This document shows positions 15,001 through 27,000 of a stretch of DNA of 64,000 nucleotides, one piece after another (position 1 is the first letter of the stretch; the number at the start of each line of letters is the position of its first letter). The notes under the pieces were generated by a model. The model was not told the DNA's origin, searched no databases, and saw nothing but the letters and a program-made list of their open reading frames with translations. This stretch comes from Fuerstiella sp. Lineage in GTDB: Bacteria; Planctomycetota; Planctomycetia; Planctomycetales; Planctomycetaceae. The position numbers and the translations under genes were made by a program. The stretch lies in NCBI GenBank assembly GCA_022843805.1, contig JALHMY010000003.1, forward strand, positions 5,351-69,350, given 5' to 3'.

Positions 15001-18000
15001 GTGTCGTCACGCTGGGTGAGAGCTCCAATGTACGACTGAACCTGATAGTGCTGTGCAAACTGCAGATATCGTCCGCTGCTGTCGGTGGTGGCACCGGTGA
15101 TCGTGATCATCCATGGATCCGCCAGAGTGCCGGATCCTGTAATACCAACAGCGCTGACCTGATCCAGCGACTCAAGTGCTGATTTGATCTCCGCGGCCGT
15201 CATTCCGGACCGAATTTCGACGGAGTTGCCCTTCAGTAACTGATTGTTAACGATACTGTCAGGTATCCGGCCATAATCCGTACCAAATTCGTCATAGCCG
15301 TAATACAGAGTCACCCGATCGAGCCCGTCAGCCAGGCTGACAGACTGAGTCTGATTAACGTTTCCGCTGACGTCCGCGGGAAGTGTGATATCGCTAAGCC
15401 GTGGAGAACCATCGGAATTAAACAGATAAGTGCCATTTTCCGCCAGATCGTAGCGGTAGAAGTACTGCCCTTCGCGCAGCCCTGTCCCGCTGCCGAGAAC
15501 CCCGTCAGGCTTCTCGTCAGTCACACCGTAACTGGTCGGGAAGACCTGGTGACTGCCGCTGACATCACGCTGAACGGTCCACATTTTGGCCAGGTCAGAA
15601 CCCAGTTGCAGGTCTACCGACTGAATATCCGTATCCAGCAGGTCGGTGACACTGATGGTGTCGCGCCCGGTGCGACCATCAATACTGACGTCCTCAACCC
15701 CGTCCAGCAGCATGGTGTTGGCGTCGATCGTCAGAAGAGCATCACCAGCCGCCGGAGTATCAGAGGCTTCTTCAAGACGAATCGTGTTGTTTCCATCAGA
15801 CTGAGCACTCACTGTCACCTTCAGCTCATCCCGCAGACCATCGCCGCCAGATATGGTTAGGTTTCCAGACTGGCTGAAGGCGGTGTAATCCCACACGATG
15901 GAGTCATCTCCCGCTCCCCCGTCAACGTCGACTGCACCGGATCCTGCTTCAATTCGATCGTTGTCCTCTTCGCCCCGAATTGTGTTGAATCCAGTTCCTC
16001 CGATCAGCTGATCGAAGCCCTGGCCTCCGCGAATTGTATCGCTGCCGTCACCGCCATCAATCACATCACCGTGAAATGCCCGAACGGTGAAGTTGCTGTT
16101 CGTCAGCACAACCAGCTGGCCATTACCCTGTGCATCGGGGGCCGACGTAATCGGACGGCCCAGTTTATCGTAGTAGTCAAACGGAGTGCCGTTTGCCCGA
16201 TAGATCTCGGACACTCGAAGTTCTGCCCCGGGTGTCCACACCGACCCGGTGACCGGAGAGTAAGCGGCAACGTCACGAATTGTCAGTTTTGATGTATCGG
16301 CTGGATAAACGCGTGAACCAAATTCGTCGCCACCATCCAGTTCGTCATCGCCACCATTGCCCACGATAATGTCGAAACCATCCAGACTGGCATTTGTCGT
16401 GACCGAGTCATCATGCCCGCCAAAAATGCGGTCAGGTCCGTCACCCCCGGTGAGTTTGTCATCACCGATTCCGCCCTCAATCGTGACTCCGCTGTAGTCA
16501 GTGTAGATCCCCGTAACTTTGACGCGGTCGTTGCCGGCCTGGCCCCTGAGTCGATACGCGGTTGCTGGTGTGTCGGCGCCCGGTGCCAGCAATGACGAAT
16601 CGATGTTGATATAGTCGTCACCGTCCCCACCGAGAATCACAACAGACGTAAGTCCGACGGTACCATTGTTTTCTGTGTCTCCCGTGGAGTTGACCGTGTC
16701 ATTGCCGCCACCGAGAGTAAAGTCGAGGTGTTCGATGACCCCATCGATTTTCCTCAGATCGTAGACGTCATTTCCATTGGTGCCGACGACCTTCAGTGTG
16801 CTCACTTCACTGTCCAGGTACACAGCCACCCGCTGACCGTTACTAACAATGATTGCCTTCTGCCCGGCGTGATTCGAACGGTAACCGGCCAGCTTGTCCC
16901 GCAGATTCGTCTCTTCGTCCCGAGACGAAAATTCGGGATCAAAGTATCCATCAGTCAGGAGTTTTGCCAGAGTCAGATCGTCATCAATCGGCAGAGCTTC
17001 GACTTTATAGGAGTGTCGTGCCGGTGCTCCATCGGTCATATAGACAGAAGTCGGATCATTGGCATTATTCAGGTACTGCAGCGTAAGAGTCGTACCGCTC
17101 AGCTGCGAAATGCTGTTTGGTGCATCATGCACACATTCCCAGTCGAACTTAGCGATGACTTCATCCACGAATCGTTCGCTTGCTTCGAACAGCGTAATCG
17201 TGCTGAAGCCCAGATCGATACCGATCCACAGGAATGCTTCCAGAAAGACGGACAGCTGGCCATTCACATCAAAGAGGCATTCCACGCCATGAGTGAGCCG
17301 ATCGACCAGCTCACTTCCATATAACTTCCCATCTCCGACTGGCAGATCGTTCAGAATCTGTGTTTCGAAGTCGTTCAGATCGAAGTTAACATTGGCCTGC
17401 AGACCCCCGCGAACTCCAGCCTCAACCAGCCCGCCGATTCCAAGGCTGACACTGGCACCAATCTTTGCCGTCAGACCCAGTTCGGGCCGGTCGCTGGCAG
17501 TGTTCTCCTGCCCATGGTCATCCAGATAAAACCCGTTGAAAATCCTCCACGATTCTGCAGGATCAAAATCTTCATCCATCCACTGCCGCAAACCGCGAGT
17601 ATCAAATCCGAAGTCAAAGTTCGTGAAGGCTCCCACACTGCCGAACAGGCCCGCATTCAGGCCCGGGAAAATCGGGAAACTGCGGCTGTATTCGAAGACC
17701 AGATTCAGGTCCGGCAGGTCATACCAGAACAGATCAACCTCACCTCGCCCCATCACAAAGTCCAGCAGCGACATTGGGTTCTCCAGCACAGGAATGCTGA
17801 AGTTCTTTCCGGGCGCTCGTTTTTTGGATTTGGTGGCAGAACTGGTTGTCAGAGAATTGCTGTCAAGTCCCTTCTGATCGGGCCCCTTCAGCAGTGCCTT
17901 CTGATTGCCGGTCAAATTTGCATCATTCTTCTGAGAACCGCTCACATCGGCGCTGCTCAGTTCAGCGCTGGGATTCTTCAGAGTCGATTCTGTCAGATTA

Positions 18001-21000
18001 AATGTGCCGAAATTAATCGTTCCGGCCGATGCAAGATCATTGATGTTCTCAAGAAATTTGATCGTACTGTCAATGACCTGCAGTACTTTGGTCATTGTCT
18101 CAACGGTCTTCGCCGGCAGACGCAGTCTGGCAATGTCAATGAATCGAATCGGCGGACTTGCAATTCCACCAAGCGGAATCTCGAACAGCAGCAGATCGAC
18201 GACTGGCTTCAGCGGGGTCACGATGTCGTGAATTGTGCTGAGCGTCGTGCCCAGGAAACTGCGGAACATACTTCCGACGTCAAGTGTCACGTTCTCCAGA
18301 ATGACTTCCGGACTGCCAAAGTCGATCGTTGCCTTTCCACTGGTTGACAGCTGCACATTGCCCAGCATCTGAGCATAGTGAATGGTCGTCGAAATCGACG
18401 GAAGGAAGTTGCCGGCGATGGATTCCACTGATGCTGCCAGATGAGCTTCTGCCCAGGCTGATGCATTCAGGGCCAGAGTAACTCCTTCGCCCACCTTCCA
18501 TTTGCCATCATTGTTGGCATCCTGAATATTCAGACCAAAATGACCCCACAGGCCCGTGTCGTTACCTTCCGCGGTCGACTCCGTGAACTGCATTTTCAGA
18601 AAGCCGAGCGTACCGGTTGCTGTGGAACCGTTTCCAAGTGTCGCAGACACGTCAAGTGACAGTTCTTCCCCGGATTCATTGATTCCGGTCGTGTCGATAA
18701 AGAACCCCATTTGAGGAATCGGCCCTGCGCTGACGTTACCGATTCCCAGCCCAATCCCCATCAGATAATCGATATGAGCCAGCAGTTTTGCGTCAACGTC
18801 GAGGTTGACTCCCGGGATTCCGGCGGAGAAGTCAATCGGGAGTTGTCCGTCAACCAGAGTTCCCCCAAACATCAGGTTAAATGTAATCAGTCCGCTCGCC
18901 GAGAACGTCAGCTGAATATCTTCGAAGCTCGTGGGAACCCTGACGAGTAGCTTTCCTGATGAGTCGTACTGCTTGGCCCCGAATTCATCCAGTTGCGGTA
19001 CGACAAAGGCAAACAGAGATCCGGAAACGCCATTCGTTTTCGCACCAGTCATCTCATTCAGCGCATCGAATCCGTTGAACAACTCCTGACGAATTTTGTT
19101 CAGAACGCTGTCAATAATGCTGGAGCTTCCCTGATCCTGCAGCCATTTCCCAAGGCCCTGACTGTAATTTGAGCCAACCTTCTTTCCGAGTACGCTGCTG
19201 CGAATATCGCGCAGGGTATTGGCGAGACTGTCGAACGGGCTGCCACCAATGACCGGCAGTTCGATCGAATCGATGCCCTTTGCAATAGTGTCAACGCCGT
19301 CAAAGAAGCCTTCCATGCCCCTCAGCACGTTTCCAGCATTGTCGATATAGGCGATGAATGCCTGTACCGCATCAAAGCTCATTGAGATGCGTGGCAGTGA
19401 ATAGCTGTAGGTTGTCTGCAGAACAAAGGTTTCATCAACAGAAAATCCGACATCGGCGTGCAGAACGTTGTCCGCCACACCGTTTCCATCCCGGTCCGCC
19501 GTTGTACCTCCGAGTGGCAGAGACGTAGTCGGGAAGAACATCGGAAGATCAATCGATGCGTTGCCGGACAGTTCCGCCTGAAACGCCGATCGCAGAGACA
19601 TGGGAGAGATTCGTCCGTCGCCGTCTGCGTCCGCTGCCGGATCTCCAAAGTCCGCTTTGAATCCGGCCTGAATTGCAGCCGTACCGTTCACGATGTACAA
19701 GCCGAGCGGCGGCAGATTCACGGGCCCAATGGAAGGAATATCAATCGCCAGACTCGCGTCAATGTCTGAGGCAATACCTGACGCAGAGGCGACGATGCCG
19801 GTATCCGCGTCCACTACGAATGAGGGATCAAAGACATTGCTCAGATCAAATCCAAATCCCAGATGCAGGTCCACACTGGCTGCGACCTGAACCGGCGCTG
19901 TCAGGCTGATGTCCAGGAATTGAGTGGGGTCAAAACCCAGCCATTGCTGCAAATTCAGCTGCTTTGCGTCGAGTTCCAGATTGTACGTGCGGCTGATCGC
20001 CTGTTCGAAGTCCAGATCAAATTCGAATACTCCGCCGCTGTACGACATCGTCACCAGGTTGACGCCGGCAGCCAGCCCAAAGAACGTTCTCAGTTCTTCA
20101 TTAAGCTGGTCCTGCAGCTGACCAATGTTCCTGGCAGAATCACGCACTGTGTGGATGGCGTTTGCAAAACCGCCGGCAAAGCTGACTGCCCCGTCGCCCA
20201 GCATATCTGCCAGACTGACTCCCAGCATCGGGATGTCGTTGTACAGCTCGCCGTCGCGAAGACGAATCAGACTCAGATTTCCCGTGGTCTGCGACGCCCC
20301 ATTCTTCAGGGTCACCCCTGCCTGAACATCAGCCGTCAGGCGACTGATTGCCACGTCGTCGGCGTCGTAAGTGGCGCTCAGCCGATAGTGATCAATGTCG
20401 TATGTCTGCACCTCTGCGGTATTCGGTCCCGTGGCCGACTCAATACCCCAGACATTCAACCCGCTGTGCAACCATTCGGTCAGTCGCAGTCGATTGCCAT
20501 CGGTATCTTCGACAATCTTCGAATTCTGAACGCTGCCATTGACGACAGCTGTATAACCGGATGTCAGCAGAGCCGCGGTGCCCCAGACTTCGCTGTAGAC
20601 TTTCAGCTGTCCGCCGGTAAATTCACCGCTGGCAGCATCAACAGATCCACCGACCAGCGTTCCCAGCAGCTGGGTATCTGTTCCCACCAGATCATCCGCC
20701 ACGTCCTCAAGCGCTGCCAGGATCGTGTCAAGTGACAGACCACTGAACTGCAGCAAATCCGACATGCCAGTGATGCTGATCGTCGACGGCAGGCTGGTCA
20801 GGAAGCTGGTCAGTGAGGCTCCGGGCTGAATCAGTGTGCTGGTCGCGGTGATGTAGCCAACTCCATCACTGATTCCATCCAGCAAACCGCTCCATTCGAC
20901 TGGCAGAACAATCGTAAACTGACTGTCGTCACCCAGTGACACGTCCAGATTCTGGAGAAGGTCAAACGCGCTGCCACCACTTTGCAGTTCTGTAAACGTC

Positions 21001-24000
21001 AGTTTCTGGTCAAACCCAAGTCCGGCCGAGATGCCCAGCGAAATGATTGCATCGTTTGACTGTAACCCCAGTGGCCCCAGATTGATGCCGAAATCCATCG
21101 TCTTGATCAGAGAGCCATCTGCTGTTTCTGACGGAAGATCTTCAGCGACCACAATGGTTGTCGTATCGGTGTAGATGTTATACGTGGCTGACGTCACGGT
21201 ATAGATGGCATTGTTTTCAGTGGAACCGGCAACGGCGATTCGATCTCCGGCCACAAAGTGCCCGTTTGCCGAATTCAGCTGCCCGTTGGGTGTCGTCCAG
21301 TTGCCTGCGATCTGCAATGAATTTGACAGCACGTCAACACCAAGTATCGCGTGCTGAGTTTCTCCGAATTCCACTGAAGCGCTGACATTCGGGTCCAGCA
21401 CATAAAACCGACCATCACCGTCGATCCCGAATGCAAATTCCAGCTGGACTCCGGCTGTCAGCTGCAGTGGCTGACTTTGAGTGGTCGAAAGACCGAAGCT
21501 GAAAGGCAGTTCAATGTCGATTCCATAGTCCGAGAGGTCCAGGGAGAGTGTACTCAGATCGAGCACAATCGACTTCGAATAACTGGCGAGATCGATTGTG
21601 GCAAAATATTCCTGGACACCCGGAGATGTCGCGATCTGAATTCCGGGAAGATCCTGCAGCGCCAGCAGCATGCCATTGGTGTCAGGCGATGTGGCACTGC
21701 CGAAATAACCGGTGATCGCGTCCGAAATGTCGTCCACGCGGTCATTCACCGTCGCACCGAAATCTGCTGTATCCACTCCAAGCATGCTCACCAGACTAAT
21801 GTCGGTAAACGGGATGGTTGTCGCATTGGTCAGAAAATCGTCAATTCGCTCACCCAGATTCTCCGCCCAGTCACCAAATGCATCGAGACCGGCTGCCAGT
21901 TTATCCTCAGATGACAGACCCGTTTCAATGTGTCCGACAGTCGGATTGAGCCGAACCCCCGTCTTCAGACTGTGATTCATCAGATCAGATGAATCAGGTG
22001 TTTCAGGATGATCAATACCGGCGACGTGCCCCAGCTCATGCATCAGAACGGTTAGCAGATCGATGCCGACAGGCGGACTGCTGGCAAATTCACTGTCACC
22101 GGATGCTCCGGTAAAGTTTGTATCCACGTACCAGCCTGCACCTGCCGCATTGTTGTCCAGCGTCAGGTCATATTTACTGGTCGCGGAGTTCCATACAACG
22201 CCGGCGATGGTGGTTCCGAGCTCCGAGATCTGAATATTAATGGCGCCCGCACTGATATCCAGACGGTCGGGCAACAGGGCGTTCCAGCGTGCAAGTGCTT
22301 CGGTCGCCAGTCCCGTAACCTGCGACACGTTTGTCAGTGAAACTCCACTGTTTCCGGAACCTCCGTCTGCCAGTACCACCGGACCACCGAGCAGTTTCTT
22401 TCCAAACAGTTCATTAATTGCGCCGGCTGAGCTGCTGGTTGCCTCTTTGATTCTGAATGCGCCAAACGCCGTGACACGGTTGTCACCCCATGTAAAGATT
22501 GTCGCACCGTGTTCCGAAGCTCGCGTTACCTTGCCACTGACTTTTGTAAAGTCGAGCACGTCGTCCCCGCCACCGCCATACACAAGGTTCCTGCCACTGT
22601 TATCGGTGAAGTAGAACGTATTGGCTCCGGAATCGCCCATCAGGACGTCATTGAATCGGGTGCCCTCAATGCCTTCAATGTTGCTGAGCGAAACAGTGGA
22701 TGCCGAACTGGTAAACTTCACCAGACCAGCTCCATCTCCGTTTCCAGGGTCAGCTGTTGCTGACAACACTGTGTCCGTGATCGATGCATCAAACGTCACA
22801 TCGAACGCTTCTGTGCCTGCGTTCCACACCACGGTCACTTTGCCTTCGCCCACGCTGGCAAGCTGTTCAAGCTCATGCTGTATGGCCTCACTGCTGGCAT
22901 TGAACGGAATACGAGCCGTGGTGTTGCCCGAATGAGTCAGTGTCAGCAGACCGGCGCTGGCATCGATTGAGATCGATGTCCCGGAGATGGTCACCGATCC
23001 GACTGTCAGACCGGTGTGAGCAACACCCGCTGCAAGATCAATTACCATTCTCTGCGGTGAAGCTTCAAAGATGACAGTGTCGTCTTCATCCCCGCCGTCA
23101 ACAACGTCACTGCCGCCGTGGCCAAGATTGAAGGTGTTCTTCTCGTCGTTACCGCGGAGCAAATCCTTCAAAGCCGTGCCTGTCGCCGAACCAAGACCGT
23201 CAACAGCATTGTTTTCCGGAGCGAATGAGCCGAGTGTTCCGGAAGGCACCCATAAATCCAGACCGGCCAGCCGACTGCCCAGTACGGCCGAGGCCCGTCC
23301 CCAGTTGACATTCACACCCGGGAACGTTCCGAGCACCGGAAGGGGAGCTTCTGTACCTGGTATTCCCCAGGACAGTCCTGCGGTACCGTCAACAACAATG
23401 CCGTCATACGTGACATTGTCGACAACTGTTGAGCCGGACGGTGTGTAGTCGCTGTAGTCGAAATGAATGCTGCCCCCGTCCCCGGCTGCCACGTAACCAT
23501 CCAGACGTGCGTCTCCATGGAACTTGAAGGTGTTCTTCCCTTTTCCTCCGATGATGTTTTCGATGCCCGTTGCAATCACATAGTTGAGGCCAAAATCATC
23601 AAATGAAACTGCCCCTCCCAGAAGGTCGGCGAATCGTTCTATAATCTGTGTACCAGCGTCATTCCGCGCAAGCACAAGCGTCATTCCGACCGACAGCGGC
23701 ATCGGATGACCCAGGGCATTCAGTCGACTCTGCCAGTCCCCAATATTGTCTGTCGACAAAGTGTAGATATCAAATGTGTTGTCCCCGCTGACAGCATTGA
23801 AGTCCAGCGTGTCGAATCCAAAATTCAGGTCGACGCCGGCGTAGACTGAAGGCGGTTCCACCACAGCGGCAACCCCCCAAAGACCGCTGAAACGGTACGT
23901 ATCCCCGCCCGTCATGCCGGACATCAGATGAATGCCAGGTGCGATCACCGGTTCGCCGATTGACAACTGCCCTTCCAGCAGACTTGAAGTCAGTGTGTCT

Positions 24001-27000
24001 GTAATAAACTTACCAATATCCTGCACGGTTGAGCCATCAAAGCGACCATCACTGGTTCGGCCATCGCCAAACAGGCTGCTCAGAATATTGCCACCCACCT
24101 CGAATACGTTCTTCCCCAGTGAGAAACTGCCGTCACCAAACAGAGATGACTTCGAGGCAGCTGTGGCTTTTTGTGCGAGCAGCGCTTCATAGATCGCCAC
24201 GTTGGAGCCAAGCAGCAGATTGAGTCCGCCACCGTAAGTCACATTCGACATATTTTTCACCACGCCGGTGAAGCCCGCAGCCCCTGGCGTGTTGCCAAAT
24301 CGACCATGCAGCAGATCTCCAACACTGACATCCTGTGCCAGCTGAGAAGCGTTCGCAGTCAGCATTCCGGACAGTGGCTGATCCTTTCCGCCAGCACCAC
24401 TGAACGTGACGTACCAGGTACTGGCGTCGGTTCCATTGACCTGAGCAAGTCCAGGAGTCGCGGTGAGACTGTCAAATGCGGCCTGGATTGAGGCTGTCTG
24501 GTAGCTGGTGTCGCCGGATGTCGCTCCATTGTACGCCAGCTGGAAACTGTTGCCGGCTTTGGCAATATCCAGCCGAGCCAGTTTCTGAATTTCCGCGACC
24601 GCCCGCTGTCCTTCGCTAACTGTCACGATCGTGGCCGATCGATCTGCTGAATGTCGCTGAACAAGAGAAGATGAATCAATCGAAAGTTTCTCAATTCCCT
24701 TAGTTGAATCGGGGCTGACGAATTCAACGATAAACTCCACTTCGTCGGCATCCGTGTCTCCCGCGACGCTGATCAGTGCCCTGGCGGCTCCGATGACGGA
24801 CCACGCTGTCACGTTGACGGTTGTGACTTTGCTCAGCGATTCGATTGCCGATTTAATGCGGGCAGCGACGGCCAGAGCATCAATGGATCCGACCGGCGAA
24901 ACAGGCGTGGACAGCAACTCAATCGGCTCTGTTTTTTCGCCGCCGTAGCTGACGACAAAGGAACCTCCGTCGGCTTTGTTCAGTGAGAACGTCTGAAGGC
25001 TGTTCTCACTGAAACTTCCATCGCGACGTGTCAATACTCCAAACGTCCCGCCCGTCGGCTGCTGCGCGACCGTCATCGCTGCAATATTGCCTGACAGAAG
25101 GTATTCAATATCCCATCCACCCAGTGGATTGACATTCACAAACACAGCATTGGTGCCCAGAACACCCGCTGCATTGATTGCCGCCTGAATACTGGCAGCT
25201 GTGTCCTGAGCCTGTGCACTCAGAGTGATTGCTGCCGTCGTTTTCTGAACACTGCTCACCGGATCGGTAATGCTCAGAGAAAATGTTCCGCTGGCGGGAA
25301 CTCCCTGCACACTATTTGTCAGCGTCAGCCGCTGAACCTCGTGCACAACACTCTCCATGCGAACGTTCACCGGACCGACCGGTGAATGACTGACAGCGGA
25401 AGGCTCCGCGACCGAGCGATTGCTCAGCACAAAGGGGCGCACCTTACCGGCCGTTGCCGGAAGGCTGAAAGTGATCGTCAGACCGGTGGCAAGGTTACCA
25501 CTAACCGAGACTGCTCCGGCCCCAATTGCGGCGTTCAACTGAGTTTCAACGTCTGTCGCGAGCGAGGCACTTGAAATACCAGCAACGATGGAACCCGTCA
25601 GGCTGGCCGTCCCGGCTCGCTCGACGTTGTATCGCAATTCGACAAACCCGGTCGTGGCAGAACCGAACGTCAGTTTCTGAATCTGACTACCATCCTGAGC
25701 ATACTGTGTCGTGTTAATCACCGCAGCGGCAACCGGCGTGTCGTTACTGCCGTCCAGTACATCAATCTTTACGTTCCCCCGAGGAAACGAGATATTGAAC
25801 ACGTTAGTGCCGGCAGGTGTCACTGAGGCCGCGCCCAGCGAAGCAGTCAGCATGTTCGCCGACACAATCTTATCAAGTGCAGCTCTGATGCCTGCCGCTG
25901 TTTTTGCTGTTGAAGCTGTCGTAACGATTGTTCCGGCAGCCGTCGTCAGTCGAAGGCGAATACTGCTGACCGCACTCGCTGCGCTCAGGTCCACAACTGT
26001 GGTCATGGACTGGGGAGTGCCCAGTGCCGTCACGTTCTTTGCTGAGAGTTCAGTCAGGCTGCGAAGTTCATCACCAACAACCTCAGTCAGAGTCAGACTG
26101 GCGTAGTCGATACCGGACTGAAGAAAGATGATATCCCAGGCGCTGACTGTTGATCCGTTGTCGTCGACAATTGAAATGGGTCGAACGGTGACACCCTGAG
26201 TCGGCAGTTCATCCAGCTGCACGTCCAGCGCAGACTGGATTCGTGTGGCGATTTCCGCTGCTGTGGCTTTGGTGATAATCTGTTGAGCCCCGGTGCCGCC
26301 CTGAACATGGTGCAGACTGATCGATGAGGTTGTGAATGCAGTTCCATCTGCTTTTCGTCCGCTCAGTGTGAACGAGCCAATGCTCGCTTCGCTGATGACC
26401 AGTCTCTGTACTTCAGAGCCGTTATGAGCATCGGTGACAGTTTGAGTATTCACCGCACCATTGTTGATCAGATGCGTCAGGTTAACGACTGTTGGCGTCG
26501 AAGCCCGGCTGTCCGACATGTCCAACGTGTTGATGGTGCTGATATTGGGGATATCCAGCGTCACAGCACCAGTCAGCGATTCGTAATCGAGGAACGATGT
26601 GAGCGGTCGCAGCCCGGTCTGTCCGATGATTGTCCCGCTGAACGCCGTGTTTCCAACGATTTTGAAATTGTTTTCGTTCAGTCCGCCGATGATCGTCGTG
26701 TTGGCATCCACATTGGTGATCACGACCTTGTCATAACGGATTTCGCCCCAGTAAGAATTCCACAGGTCAGACACATAGCTGTCGCCAAACACCTGCGGCA
26801 GATTGTAGACCTTTTCAATTGTCAGCTGAGTATCTCCGGCAGCTCCCTCGCGCAGTACTTCCGCATCGGCACCAGGCAGCAAATCGCCGGATCCATCTGC
26901 CTTGATGACATTCAGTAATGCGACGTTCTGCAAAGCGCTAAAAGTAACTTCAAACTGACCAGCCGTCAGTAATGCCGATTTGACTGTGACTGTGATGCCA

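Noticed and set aside
19863-20735. Long plus-strand ORFs inside 1..31742: 19863-20735 (290 aa), 17514-18347 (277 aa), 27423-28199 (258 aa), 7362-7991 (209 aa) and 16728-17324 (198 aa)
   Set aside because: They are antisense to the verified giant reading frame and are Arg/Cys/Gln-rich with no motifs. Long stop-free antisense frames of this kind are an expected by-product of a long, compositionally biased coding region.
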